This document shows, piece by piece, positions 25,546 through 34,981 of a DNA stretch of 42,143 nucleotides. A program made the translations under genes and the position numbers. Within the stretch, counting starts at the first letter, position 1. The number at the start of each line of letters is the position of its first letter. Source of the DNA: an uncultured Methanosarcinales archaeon (GTDB lineage Archaea > Nanobdellota > Nanobdellia > Woesearchaeales > JABIAG01); the NCBI GenBank assembly GCA_964427985.1, contig CAYRWJ010000003.1, positions 753-42,895 of the forward strand, written 5' to 3'. The notes beneath the pieces were generated by a model that had not been told where the DNA came from, did not search any database, and worked only from the letters and a program-made list of their open reading frames with translations.

Positions 25546-26322
25546 TTAGGCTAGTTTAAACAATTTTCTTAATGCTAAACTAAATACTAATGATGCTAAT
25601 ATATATGTTCCTAACCATCCTGGTTTCCATCCAAATAGTTTTATGTCTCCAAGTGGTTTTATTGGTTTGTTGTCAATTTTAATTGATTTAACTAAATCAT
25701 CTTTTAATAATTTGTCTGCAGGTTCATATTCGTTTTCTGTTGTTATTAAAACACTTTTATCATATACTTTGTCAGCGATTTTGTATTCTAACAAATACTT
25801 CCCGGCGGGGCCATTTAATTTCCAACTTACTATGTTTGAATTTACTTTTTGGGTTGCATCAGATAATATTTCAATTTCTTCTGGTGTTATTATGGTTATT
25901 TCTTGTCCAAATCCTTCTTTTAATTCTAAAGTTGTGGAAAAGTCTTCTCCTGGCATTATTGGATAATATGCTAAGTTTGCAGCTAGCCAAGAAAATATGA
26001 TTATGATTGGGATGAATGTTATAATTGTTGGTTTAAAGCTTTGGGTCATGTATTTCATGTTTGTTTCCATTGCTTGTTTTTGTACTTTCATCATTGCTTT
26101 TGGATCTTGTCTTAATGTTTTCATCTCTTTTTGTAATTCTTTTAATTCAGTTTTTAAGCGATGCATTAAACTTTGGTCTGTTGCCCATTTATAGACTAGG
26201 GTCATTACTAATGCTATTATAAAAGAAATTATTATTATTGCCCAGAATGGATTCAATTTAAGTAAGGGATTTAATACAGGGTCTAATATAAAATTTAGTG
26301 CGTTTCCTAATGATTGTAACAT
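25546..26322 (-). CDS. DUF106 / EMC3-TMCO1-YidC-like membrane insertase homolog with an enlarged extracytoplasmic loop
   Basis: 258 aa. TM1, then amphipathic coiled coil (KTELKELQKEMKTLRQDPKAMMKVQKQAMETNMKYM), then TM2 and TM3. Conserved archaeal position downstream of secY. TATA at about 26343-26354. Confidence 0.78.
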   Translation of the reverse strand: MLQSLGNALNFILDPVLNPLLKLNPFWAIIIISFIIALVMTLVYKWATDQSLMHRLKTELKELQKEMKTLRQDPKAMMKVQKQAMETNMKYMTQSFKPTIITFIPIIIIFSWLAANLAYYPIMPGEDFSTTLELKEGFGQEITIITPEEIEILSDATQKVNSNIVSWKLNGPAGKYLLEYKIADKVYDKSVLITTENEYEPADKLLKDDLVKSIKIDNKPIKPLGDIKLFGWKPGWLGTYILASLVFSLALRKLFKLA

Positions 26323-26384
26323 ATTTTAGAAAACACCAATCAGGTTTAAAAAGGTTTTTATTCAACAAGTTTGATTAGAACTAA

Positions 26385-27785
26385 TCATTCCATGAATTTT
26401 CGCATCATCGGATTCATGTCCATCATGTGTTGTTTTGCTATTTCTTCATATAATTTGTAAACAATCATAACGGTTAATAATAATCCTGTTCCAGAACTTA
26501 ATGCTCCTGATAAGTCAGCAAAAGCTGCTAAGAAACCAACTGTTAATGCTCCCATTATTGTTAATGGCCAAATGTATCTGTTTAATACTCTTTCAAGTAT
26601 TCTTTCATCTCTTCTAAATCCTGGTAGTTGTAATCCTGAACTCATCATTTGTTTTGCTTGAGAACGTGCGTCCATTCCTGAGGTTTGTACCCAGAATATT
26701 GAAAATAATACTGAACCTCCCATCATGATTAGTATATAAATTATAGAATTTGCTAATAATTTGCTGTTTATTGCACCAGTAATTAGTGCTCTAATTAAAT
26801 TTGGAGAATTTACCCATTCTATTAGTCCATGTCCTGATTGTGCTGTTCCAACTTGTCCTAATACAAATACGGATAACCATGTTATTATTCTTCCGCCTGA
26901 TGCTACTGCCATGTTTTGTGCTAGTCTTCCCCATAACTGAATGTTTGCTAATAATGCTGCCACTAATATTACTGGGATGTTTGATGTGTATATGAAACTT
27001 AATGGCCATCTTATTCCATGTCCTCTTACTCTTCCAAAAGAGAGAGGTATTTCAACTTTCATTGCTTGTGCATATACTGCGATTACAAATACTGCAAAGG
27101 TTGCTAATAATCCTGCAAACATGAGAGTTGCTGTTATTGGGTCTCCTGCTGAAACTGATTGAAATAGTGCGGGAATTGCTCCTGCTGCTATTTCTGGATT
27201 GTTTGGTGAGGGTAACCAAGATATTGCTCTCACTAGTATGGATTGCGATACTCCTGCGGCAATAAAAAGAGAGATTCCGGATCCAAATCCCCATTTACTG
27301 ACGACTTCATCCAAGAACATTATGAGTATTCCTCCGACGGCTAATTGAAATACTAACAGCCAGGGTGAAACGCCTTCTAGTGGGCTTAATCCTCCCATAA
27401 ATACGTATATTCCTGATTCAAATAATATGAAGAATAAAGATAGAATTTTTTGTATTCCTTGAAATCTTTTTTTACCTTCATCTGATGTTAAGTCAAATTT
27501 CCATATTCCTGAACCATTTAGTAATTGAAGTACTATTGATGCAGTTACTATTGGTCCGATTCCGAGAGAAATTATTGAGCCGAATTTTGCTCCTAAAATT
27601 ACTGATAAGATTTCAAATCGTTCTAGTGCATTTCCACCTAATCCATAAAGTGGTATTACTCCTAATATAAAAAATAAAACTAGAATTATTAGAGTCCATT
27701 TTAATTTTTCATTAAACCCTAATTTCTTTTGTGTTGGTCCTGCTACTTCTGGCAGGTTGGATGTTATCTTATCGAAAAAGCTCAT
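26385..27785 (-). CDS. secY: Preprotein translocase subunit SecY
   Basis: 466 aa, 10 TM pattern. KLKWTLIILVLFFILGVIPLYG, GIGPIVTASIVLQLL. Operon position after uL15. Confidence 0.96.
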   Translation of the reverse strand: MSFFDKITSNLPEVAGPTQKKLGFNEKLKWTLIILVLFFILGVIPLYGLGGNALERFEILSVILGAKFGSIISLGIGPIVTASIVLQLLNGSGIWKFDLTSDEGKKRFQGIQKILSLFFILFESGIYVFMGGLSPLEGVSPWLLVFQLAVGGILIMFLDEVVSKWGFGSGISLFIAAGVSQSILVRAISWLPSPNNPEIAAGAIPALFQSVSAGDPITATLMFAGLLATFAVFVIAVYAQAMKVEIPLSFGRVRGHGIRWPLSFIYTSNIPVILVAALLANIQLWGRLAQNMAVASGGRIITWLSVFVLGQVGTAQSGHGLIEWVNSPNLIRALITGAINSKLLANSIIYILIMMGGSVLFSIFWVQTSGMDARSQAKQMMSSGLQLPGFRRDERILERVLNRYIWPLTIMGALTVGFLAAFADLSGALSSGTGLLLTVMIVYKLYEEIAKQHMMDMNPMMRKFME

Positions 27786-28267
27786 TCTTCTTTTGATTCT
27801 TTTGAATTTGTTTGAGTTTCAGAAGTTTTTTTTTCTGTAATCTCAGGTTTAGTAGCTTCTTTTTTTTCTTTTTTTTCTTGAAAAATAACTTTCCCACCTG
27901 CTTTTTTAATTTTTTCTTCAGCTTTTTTAGTGCAGGTTTGAACCGTTATTTCAAACTTTTTGGTTATTTGTCCTGTTCCAATTATTTTTCCATATCCTTC
28001 TTTGGTTAAATCTACTTTTCCATCATATTTTTTATTTAAATCTCTCAAAGTTATTGCTTTAACTTTTTTATTATGTGAGAAAAATCCATATTTTCCAAAT
28101 TGTTTTAAATTTTTCCAAGTTGAAGGTTTTTTTGAGTCGGATCTTTTTCCACTTCCTGCGTTTCCTTTTCCTCCTCTACTTCCTTTTCCTCTATGCTTTT
28201 TTTTATGTCCCCATCCGTGGGTTTTATTTCCTCTTTCTCTTGAAAATTTATTTCTTTTGATTATCAT
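27782..28267 (-). CDS. rpl15: Ribosomal protein uL15 (K/E-rich C-terminal tail)
   Basis: 161 aa. THGWGHKKKHRGKGSRGGKGNAGSGKR. Conserved operon order. Confidence 0.93.
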   Translation of the reverse strand: MIIKRNKFSRERGNKTHGWGHKKKHRGKGSRGGKGNAGSGKRSDSKKPSTWKNLKQFGKYGFFSHNKKVKAITLRDLNKKYDGKVDLTKEGYGKIIGTGQITKKFEITVQTCTKKAEEKIKKAGGKVIFQEKKEKKEATKPEITEKKTSETQTNSKESKEE

Positions 28268-28662
28268 TATAACATCCTCTCAATTAGGTCGTTGATTTTT
28301 TCTTTTCTATCTCCTAATGCGCCACCAACACTGAAAGCTGTTTTGATTCCTTTTCTTCCAAACCCTTTTTTTGGTGAGTTTAGATTAAAATATCCTTTTT
28401 CTCCTCTTTTTTCTTTTAATTTTTTTATCATTTCATCAGTTACAGCACCCCAAGTTACATAATATCTTACTTTATTTAACATGCCTGCCATTGATTCAGT
28501 TTTATTTAGGACTACACAACAATTTTTCTTTCTTAATTTTAACATGTAAAGTGTATCTTTGATTTCTTTGTTTACTTTTACCATTCCTCTAACTAGTATT
28601 ACTGCAACCTTTTCTTGAGTTTTAGGTTGTTCTACCTTTTCTTGTTTTTCTTCACTCTTCAT
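28267..28662 (-). CDS. rpl30: Ribosomal protein uL30
   Basis: 131 aa from ATG 28662 (the tracked start at 28692 is TTG). VAVILVRGMVKVNKEIKDTLYMLKLRK. Confidence 0.88.
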   Translation of the reverse strand: MKSEEKQEKVEQPKTQEKVAVILVRGMVKVNKEIKDTLYMLKLRKKNCCVVLNKTESMAGMLNKVRYYVTWGAVTDEMIKKLKEKRGEKGYFNLNSPKKGFGRKGIKTAFSVGGALGDRKEKINDLIERML

Positions 28663-29431
28663 TTTTTTTATTGATTGGTATTTTTCCGGCAATCATACCT
28701 ATTTTTTCGTTGTGTTCTGGTAATGTGTGTGTTTGTGATAATTTTTTTAATGCATTAAAACATGCTTTTAATAAATTTGTTCTACTTGATGTTTGTCCTC
28801 TTGATTTTGACCATACATCTACAATTCCTGCTTTTTCAAGAATTTTTGCAAGTTCTTTTTCTACTACTAATCCTGTTCCTTTTGGGGCAGGCATTAATTT
28901 TACAATTACACTTCCGCATTTTCCTTCTACAGCGAAGGGTATGGTGTGTGGTGTTTTACAATCACATTGCCAACTTCCACATCCTCTTTTGATTTTTATG
29001 ATACTAACTTTTGCATTTCTTGTTGCTTTTTCTCTTGCTGGAACGGTTTCTTTACTTTTTCCAAATGCCATTCCAATATATCCATCTTTGTTTCCTACTG
29101 CTGCAACTGTTGAAAATTTTGGTTTGTTTCCTTCTCTTGTTTTCTTTTGGGTTTGTCTAAAGGCTCTTCTTTGTCCGCCACCAAATTTTCCTTTTGATTG
29201 TCCTAATAATAGTAAGTCTACTTCTAAATCTGGAATTAACATTTCTACAATTTCTTTTTCATATATTTTTTGTCCTAAATCTAAAATTTCATCTATGTTA
29301 GTTATTTCTTTATTTTTTACTTTTTTTCCTAATTCTGTTCTAGGTTTCCAGCTTTCTAATTCTGGTGAAATTTGTTTTATTTTTTCTTCTTCGTTTTTTT
29401 CTACTTTTACTACTTCGGATTCTTCAGTCAT
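28652..29431 (-). CDS. rps5: Ribosomal protein uS5
   Basis: 259 aa. WKPRTELGKKV, dsRBD-like and S5 C-domain. Operon order. Confidence 0.94.
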   Translation of the reverse strand: MTEESEVVKVEKNEEEKIKQISPELESWKPRTELGKKVKNKEITNIDEILDLGQKIYEKEIVEMLIPDLEVDLLLLGQSKGKFGGGQRRAFRQTQKKTREGNKPKFSTVAAVGNKDGYIGMAFGKSKETVPAREKATRNAKVSIIKIKRGCGSWQCDCKTPHTIPFAVEGKCGSVIVKLMPAPKGTGLVVEKELAKILEKAGIVDVWSKSRGQTSSRTNLLKACFNALKKLSQTHTLPEHNEKIGMIAGKIPINKKNEE

Positions 29432-29919
29432 TTTATTTTTCCCTTGATTTCTTCTATTTTATTAGCAAAATCTTCAATGTGTTTTCCATTTAGTCTTTCT
29501 TCTGTTGGAAATATTTCTTTTGAGCATGGAACTTTTAAGCCAGCATCTACTGCGCCTTTTAATGCAGAGTATATTCTTGAACCTTTTATTGTTGTATTTA
29601 GGCCTGTGTCTAAAATTGCTTCTGTTATTCCTGCAGTTAATGCTTTTTTCCCAATTAAGTATCCTGTTAAATATGCAGCAGGTATGTTTTTTAATCCACC
29701 AGTCCATCCTAATACTTTTAATGCGGTTGAATCTATTCCAACTTTTACTTTATCTCCTTTGATATCAAATTCGATTAGTTGTGTGATTATTTTTGTATTG
29801 GTTTTTCTAATTAAAAGTCTTAATTTTTTGGAAGACAAAATTTTAATTCTTTTTTTATAATCAGTTTTGCCTTCTCTTCTTCTTCTATGTTTTACTGTAT
29901 GTATATTACTTTTGTTCAT
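29428..29919 (-). CDS. rpl18: Ribosomal protein uL18
   Basis: 163 aa. KHRRRREGKTDYKKR. ATGA-type overlap with neighbours. Confidence 0.94.
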   Translation of the reverse strand: MNKSNIHTVKHRRRREGKTDYKKRIKILSSKKLRLLIRKTNTKIITQLIEFDIKGDKVKVGIDSTALKVLGWTGGLKNIPAAYLTGYLIGKKALTAGITEAILDTGLNTTIKGSRIYSALKGAVDAGLKVPCSKEIFPTEERLNGKHIEDFANKIEEIKGKIK

Positions 29920-30355
29920 TTTTTAGTATCCCTTGTTCTTCTAGGTAAACTTTTATGTGTCTTACACTTCTGAAAAAGTTTCCTTTACTTTTTTTGTACA
30001 TCTCTCTGTATATTTTTGTATTAATTTTTTTATTTTCGTATAATCTTTTTAAAAGTGATCTTTGTTTTCTTATTTTGTTTATCCATGTTTTTTTTGTTTT
30101 TTCTCTTGCGTTAGCAGTTCCTTTTCTTGAACCATGTCCTTTTCTTAGACCTTTTCTTTTTTGTTTTAAAATTTTATTAGCTCTTGCTCTTGATACGCCT
30201 TTTTTTTGTTTTGTTTTGATTGCTTTTTTTCCAAGTAATAATTTAACATCATGTTTTGTTATTGCTTCTTTTATTTCGTCTAATCTAGTTGGATCTAGTT
30301 TAATTCTTTTTGGTGAGCATTTCATTATTTTAGCTGCTATCTTTTTTTGTATCAT
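29906..30355 (-). CDS. rpl19e: Ribosomal protein eL19
   Basis: 149 aa. QKKIAAKIMKCSPKRIKLDP, RKGHGSRKGT. Confidence 0.93.
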   Translation of the reverse strand: MIQKKIAAKIMKCSPKRIKLDPTRLDEIKEAITKHDVKLLLGKKAIKTKQKKGVSRARANKILKQKRKGLRKGHGSRKGTANAREKTKKTWINKIRKQRSLLKRLYENKKINTKIYREMYKKSKGNFFRSVRHIKVYLEEQGILKNEQK

Positions 30356-30356
30356 T

Positions 30357-30962
30357 TTATACGGCTCCCTTTTTGATTAAGGCTTTGTCTATTTCTTTTT
30401 TCTTAATCTCTTCTTGAGAGAGGACAGGTTTACTTTTATCTTCTGGTTTATTTTTTGTAACATCTGATTCTGTTTTTTTTGTATCTTCTTTTTGTTTTTC
30501 TTCTTTTTCTATTTTTGCTTTTTCTTTTTTCTTTTCTTCTTTTTGTTTTTCTTCTTCTTTTCTTTGTTTTTGTTTTTTTTTTTTCTTTTTTATAAATTGT
30601 TCAGTATAATTTGAAAGTTTAATTTTATCTTCTGTTGCTTTTTTGATAATTCCAATTTTTTTCTTGGTTCCTACTGTTGCACTAATTACTCCAATCATTC
30701 CTTCTTCTATTTTTTTTAAATCGGCAACATTACAAATCAAAACTTCTTTTAATCCTTCCCTATTTAATCCTCTAACCGATTTTGGTGATTTATATCCTAC
30801 TTTTACTAATTTACCTTTTCCTTTTAATTGTAATCTTAATTTTGAGTCTATTCCTCTTGGTTTTCTCCAATTTTTTGCTAATCTTTTTTTCTTATGAGTG
30901 TCTTGTCTAATGAAATCTGGTTTTTTCTTTTTCATTTTATTTCTTATATCTAATTGTTTCAT
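30357..30962 (-). CDS. rpl32e: Ribosomal protein eL32 with a long K/E-rich C-terminal extension
   Basis: 201 aa. KKPDFIRQDTHKKKRLAKNWRKPRGIDSK core, followed by about 80 K/E-rich residues. Confidence 0.9.
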   Translation of the reverse strand: MKQLDIRNKMKKKKPDFIRQDTHKKKRLAKNWRKPRGIDSKLRLQLKGKGKLVKVGYKSPKSVRGLNREGLKEVLICNVADLKKIEEGMIGVISATVGTKKKIGIIKKATEDKIKLSNYTEQFIKKKKKKQKQRKEEEKQKEEKKKEKAKIEKEEKQKEDTKKTESDVTKNKPEDKSKPVLSQEEIKKKEIDKALIKKGAV

Positions 30963-31513
30963 TTGACTGGTACTCCTGCTTTTTCTATTATGTAAATTCC
31001 ATCCATGAATATTCTTCTATCAAATTTTGTTCTTTTTACCATTTTTTCTATATCCGCAGCTACTTGTCCTGCAAGTTCTTTATCAGGGGAGCTTATAGTT
31101 ATAATGTCACCATCAATTTTTATTTCTGTATTATCTTTGATTTTAAGTATTCTTGGTACTTTTTCTCCAATAAAGTTTGTTACTTCTATTTCTTGTCCTT
31201 TTAATGCAACTCCCATTGGAAAGTGAGATGAACAAATTTTTAGTTTGTATACATAGGGAGTATTTACTCCTTGTATCATGTTTTTTATGTGTGAGTTTAA
31301 TGTGTTGATTAATTTCTTTTCTGTTTTTGATGGTTTTTTTACATTTGGTTTAAGTATTACTTTTCCTTCTTTTATTTCTGCTGATAGTCTTTTAGTGGTA
31401 ATCTTTTTACTTATTTCTGCAGCCCCTTTTACAGTTACTATTCTTTCAGCTATCGTAATTGTTATTCCTTCAGGAATTAGTATTTCTTTTGTTAAGTTTT
31501 TTTTATTTTCCAT
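30959..31513 (-). CDS. rpl6: Ribosomal protein uL6
   Basis: 184 aa with the two-domain L6 pattern. Operon order. Confidence 0.92.
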   Translation of the reverse strand: MENKKNLTKEILIPEGITITIAERIVTVKGAAEISKKITTKRLSAEIKEGKVILKPNVKKPSKTEKKLINTLNSHIKNMIQGVNTPYVYKLKICSSHFPMGVALKGQEIEVTNFIGEKVPRILKIKDNTEIKIDGDIITISSPDKELAGQVAADIEKMVKRTKFDRRIFMDGIYIIEKAGVPVK

Positions 31514-31514
31514 T

Positions 31515-31904
31515 TTAATAACAATAAGCTAATAGTTTTCCTCCAATTTTCTTTTTTCGTGCTTCATCATTTGTCATGATTCCTTGTGATGTTGATATTA
31601 TTAACATTCCAAAATCTTTTGCAGGCAAAAATCTTTTTTCAAATTTTTCCATTTCTTCAATTTTTATTGCATATCTTGGTTTTATTGCTCCGCATTTGTT
31701 TATTTTTCCAATTAAGTTTATTATTAGTTTTGTTCCGCCAATTTCTTTTTTCTTTTCAAAAGTACCTATGTATCCTTTTTTATTTATTATTTCTAGTGAT
31801 GTTTCTATTATTTTCGAGGTTGGTTTTGCCTCTACTGTTGACTTTCCTATTTTTTCCGCGTTTAGTATTGCGGATAATGTATCTGCTAGTGTATCATTTA
31901 ACAT
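31515..31904 (-). CDS. rps8: Ribosomal protein uS8
   Basis: 129 aa. LNDTLADTLSAILNAEKIGK. Confidence 0.94.
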   Translation of the reverse strand: MLNDTLADTLSAILNAEKIGKSTVEAKPTSKIIETSLEIINKKGYIGTFEKKKEIGGTKLIINLIGKINKCGAIKPRYAIKIEEMEKFEKRFLPAKDFGMLIISTSQGIMTNDEARKKKIGGKLLAYCY

Positions 31905-31913
31905 TTTTTTCCC

Positions 31914-32144
31914 TCAGCTATATTGTTTAAATCCAATTTCTTCAGCATGTTCTCTGAAACATTGTCTGCATAAATGTAATCCATATTTTGAAATGTGTGC
32001 TCTTGTTCTATTGCATCTTACACATTTTTTTAAGCCTATTCCGCAACTTCTTTCTTTTGGAGCATTATGTTTTATGTATTTTTTTAGTTTTGCCGGTTTT
32101 TTAACCAGTTGTTTGAATACTTTTTTATAATCTGTTGCAGTCAT
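31914..32144 (-). CDS. rps14: Ribosomal protein uS14 (zinc-ribbon type, extended N-terminus)
   Basis: 76 aa. [25 protein letters not shown]. Confidence 0.92.
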   Translation of the reverse strand: MTATDYKKVFKQLVKKPAKLKKYIKHNAPKERSCGIGLKKCVRCNRTRAHISKYGLHLCRQCFREHAEEIGFKQYS

Positions 32145-32656
32145 TCTTTTATCTCCATATTTACTTTGTATTGTTCTTGCATGAATTTAATTGCTTCATT
32201 TTTGTTTATTTTATGTTTTGGTGATACTTTTTTCTTTTGAACTTTTCTATATTTTATTCTATACCCTGGTCTTTGTAGGGTTATACAAACTTGAAGTCCC
32301 ATTGTTCCTATTTCGGGGGAATATTTTAATCCGGGTATGTCAATATATTCGCTTATTCCGAATGATATGCTTCCATTTTGATCAAAATTGTTATTTCCAA
32401 GTACAAAATCTTTTGCTTCTACCATTCTTTTTAGTACATCTTCTGCAGTTTTTTTACGTAAAGTGATTTTACATCCAATTGGTAATCCAGGTCTTAATCC
32501 CCATCCTGCAATTCTTTTTTGTGTTATGGTTTTAATTGGTGTTTTTTGTGTTATAGTTTGTAATAATTTTAAACCTTTTTCTAATTGGTCTTGGCTTTTT
32601 CCAGTCCCTATATTAAGGGTTACTTTTTCTACTTGTATTTTTTGCATGTGATTCAT
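32141..32656 (-). CDS. rpl5: Ribosomal protein uL5
   Basis: 171 aa. [19 protein letters not shown]. Operon order. Confidence 0.94.
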   Translation of the reverse strand: MNHMQKIQVEKVTLNIGTGKSQDQLEKGLKLLQTITQKTPIKTITQKRIAGWGLRPGLPIGCKITLRKKTAEDVLKRMVEAKDFVLGNNNFDQNGSISFGISEYIDIPGLKYSPEIGTMGLQVCITLQRPGYRIKYRKVQKKKVSPKHKINKNEAIKFMQEQYKVNMEIKE

Positions 32657-33342
32657 TTTATTTTAACATATATTTTGTCTTTTCCTACTACATATGCGTG
32701 TTTTTTGATTGTTTCAAATATTTCATTTTTTTCATTTTTGAATATAAGTTTATTTTTTTCTATATTTTCAACAGTTCCTGTGGTGCCTATATGTTTTCCT
32801 CCTGTTAGAAGAATTTTAGCTCCTTTTTCAAATTTGAAAGATTCTAATATTTTTTGTGTTGGTAATTCAATTGCGATAGATGAGTTAACTTTTGCGTCAG
32901 TTTTTTCAACTAAAATATTTCGTCCATCAAATAGATTTAGTTGGATTTTTTTCCCAACCATTGTTTTTCCTGTAATTTTGTTTAGTTTAATTTTGTTTTC
33001 TTTTTCATCAATTTCAATTATGTTTAATTTTCCTTTGTCATCTAATATTATTCTATAACTTTTTTTGATTTTTGGAAAACTTATTACATCCATTAATCCA
33101 ACCGCTTTTTTATGGTCTTTTGTTCTTCTGCCGTCGATTAATACTTCTCTATGATTTAAAATATCTCTGATTTCTTTTCTTGTTCTTCCAATTTTTAATA
33201 TGTTTCTTAGTGCTAAGACTAAAGGAAATCCGTATTCCATCGAGTGGCTTCCTGGATTTGGTTTTGCCACATATTTTTCTTCTTTTTTGTGGATTTTCCA
33301 GTTTTTGTTTGTTGCTATTCGTTTTAAGTGATTTTTTACCAT
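32653..33342 (-). CDS. rps4e: Ribosomal protein eS4
   Basis: 229 aa. HLKRIATNKNWKIHKKEEKYVAKPNPGSHS. Confidence 0.94.
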   Translation of the reverse strand: MVKNHLKRIATNKNWKIHKKEEKYVAKPNPGSHSMEYGFPLVLALRNILKIGRTRKEIRDILNHREVLIDGRRTKDHKKAVGLMDVISFPKIKKSYRIILDDKGKLNIIEIDEKENKIKLNKITGKTMVGKKIQLNLFDGRNILVEKTDAKVNSSIAIELPTQKILESFKFEKGAKILLTGGKHIGTTGTVENIEKNKLIFKNEKNEIFETIKKHAYVVGKDKIYVKIK

Positions 33343-33343
33343 T

Positions 33344-33853
33344 TTATTTTTCCTTTTTTTCTTCTTTTTTAACAGTTTTTGTTTCTGTTTTTTTCTCTTC
33401 TTCTTCTTCTTTTTTGATTTCTTTTTTAACTGTTTTTGTTTCTGTTTTTGTTGATTCTTTTTTTACAACTTTTTCTTCTTTATTTGTTCCTTTGATTCTT
33501 TTTTTATCTTCAAGATTTAATTCTGTAATCATTATGTTTGATGGTTCTAGTGGATATAATGCTTTACTTCCGTCTCTTTTTTTGAAGTCTAATCCTTGAA
33601 TGTAAATTTTTGTATGTTGAACACTTATTTTTTCAATAGTTCCAGTTTTGCCTTTATGTTTTCCACGCATTACTTTTACTTTGTCTCCTTTTTTTATTCC
33701 AATTGTTCTTTGTTTGTGTTGTTCTTTTAGTTCTTTGCTAAGATGTCCGCCTAAAAACTTCTTTTTGATATGAAGAGGAGCATTATGTCTATACTTTCTT
33801 TGTTTTCTTGGTTGTTTACTACTTTTCCAGGTTGTTGAAAATGCGGTTTTCAT
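33344..33853 (-). CDS. rpl24: Ribosomal protein uL24 with a K/E/T-rich C-terminal extension
   Basis: 169 aa from ATG 33853 (ATGA overlap with the uL14 stop). KQPRKQRKYRHNAPLH and KOW GDKVKVMRGKHKGKTG. Confidence 0.92.
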   Translation of the reverse strand: MKTAFSTTWKSSKQPRKQRKYRHNAPLHIKKKFLGGHLSKELKEQHKQRTIGIKKGDKVKVMRGKHKGKTGTIEKISVQHTKIYIQGLDFKKRDGSKALYPLEPSNIMITELNLEDKKRIKGTNKEEKVVKKESTKTETKTVKKEIKKEEEEEKKTETKTVKKEEKKEK

Positions 33854-34251
33854 ACTATTATCCTCGCTAATTTTGCTATTGCAGGCCATCTTTCACATAC
33901 TTCTTTTGCGATTGGTCCTTTGAACATTGTTCCTTTTGGATTTCCTTGATCATCTTTTAATATTACTACTGCATTATCTTCAAATTTGACTCTTGTGCCG
34001 TCTTTTCTTCGGAATTCTTTTCTTTGTCTTACAACTACTGCATTAAATACTTGTTTTCGCATATCTGGTCTTCCTTTTTTTACGGTTACTACTACCATAT
34101 CTGCAATTCCTGCAGCAGGAAGTCTCCCTTTTACTGTTTTTCCTCTTTTTACTCCAAAGATTTGAATTAATTTTGCTCCTGAGTTATCACAAGGTTCAAC
34201 TTTTGTTCCAACATTTAATCCTCTTGTAACTCTAGCGCTTATTGCTTTCAT
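33850..34251 (-). CDS. rpl14: Ribosomal protein uL14
   Basis: 133 aa. LNVGTKVEPCDNSGAKL. Confidence 0.96.
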   Translation of the reverse strand: MKAISARVTRGLNVGTKVEPCDNSGAKLIQIFGVKRGKTVKGRLPAAGIADMVVVTVKKGRPDMRKQVFNAVVVRQRKEFRRKDGTRVKFEDNAVVILKDDQGNPKGTMFKGPIAKEVCERWPAIAKLARIIV

Positions 34252-34703
34252 TCTTCAGTTACCTCTTCTTCGGGTTCTGTTTGAGTTTCAGGTTTTACTT
34301 CTTCTATTTTTTCTTCTTTCTTTTCACTCTTTGTTTTTCCTTCTTCTAGAGCTTCTTTTTTCTCTTCGTAATGTTTTTCTTTTCCTTGATTTTCAACAAT
34401 AACGTGATGTACTGTTTTTGATAAAGGTCTTGTTGCAAATACTTTTACTTTATCTCCTTCTTCTACTTTTATGCATTCGGGACTATGAACAACAATTCTT
34501 GTTTTTTTCTTGGTATATCTTTCATATTTTGGTATTTTTATTTTTCTTCCCCATTCTATTACAACTGAATTGTGCATTTTTGCTGAAACTACTGTTCCAA
34601 CGAATGATTTTTTATTTACATTAATCTTTCCATGGAATGGACATTTTTTATCTGTACATTCTTTTTTAGGTTCTTTTATTCCGAATATTTCTTTGTTTGT
34701 CAT
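34248..34703 (-). CDS. rps17: Ribosomal protein uS17 with an E/K-rich C-terminal extension
   Basis: 151 aa. CTDKKCPFHGKINVNKKSFVGTVVSAKM. Confidence 0.93.
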   Translation of the reverse strand: MTNKEIFGIKEPKKECTDKKCPFHGKINVNKKSFVGTVVSAKMHNSVVIEWGRKIKIPKYERYTKKKTRIVVHSPECIKVEEGDKVKVFATRPLSKTVHHVIVENQGKEKHYEEKKEALEEGKTKSEKKEEKIEEVKPETQTEPEEEVTEE

Positions 34704-34981
34704 TTTATTGATATCCTTTCTTCAGGTCTTTTTTCAAGGAGTTTGCCCTCTATTAAAAATGTTTGCCCTTTATTTTCAATTTCAAATGTGTTTTGTTTTT
34801 TTATCATTTTTTTTATTTCCCAGTTTTGGGTGCCCGAATCTTGATTCTGAGCCTTTTTTTTTGTTTTGAGTGTGATTGTGTTTTTTGTTTCATCAATGAT
34901 GATCCCATTGATGCCTTTGTTAAATGGGTTGCTGCTTTCAACAACCTTTGCCATTTTTCCTATGATTTCTTTTGTTATCAT
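34700..34981 (-). CDS. rnp1: RNase P protein component 1 (Rpp29/Pop4)
   Basis: 93 aa. IGKMAKVVESSNPFNKGINGIIIDETKNTITLKT. Canonical position between uL29/SUI1 and uS17. Confidence 0.85.
   Translation of the reverse strand: MITKEIIGKMAKVVESSNPFNKGINGIIIDETKNTITLKTKKKAQNQDSGTQNWEIKKMIKKQNTFEIENKGQTFLIEGKLLEKRPEERISIK

Noticed and set aside
28671-29447. 258-aa plus-strand ORF antisense to uS5. Similar long antisense ORFs occur at 15576-16397, 31576-32130, 32585-33058, 29372-29860 and 38233-38622.
   Set aside because: The opposite strand encodes unmistakable conserved proteins (r-proteins or the 623-aa envelope protein). The antisense products are F/L/S/I-rich with no motifs, as expected from complementing K/E/N-rich coding sequence in an AT-rich genome.
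33854-33889. Longer alternative starts in the ORF track for uL24 (33889), uL23 (38317, GTG), uL30 (28692, TTG), the deaminase (23183, TTG) and the small membrane protein (23922, TTG)
   Set aside because: The extensions lie inside upstream genes and use rare start codons or lack signals. The internal ATGs give the usual ATGA overlaps or SD motifs and match where homology begins.
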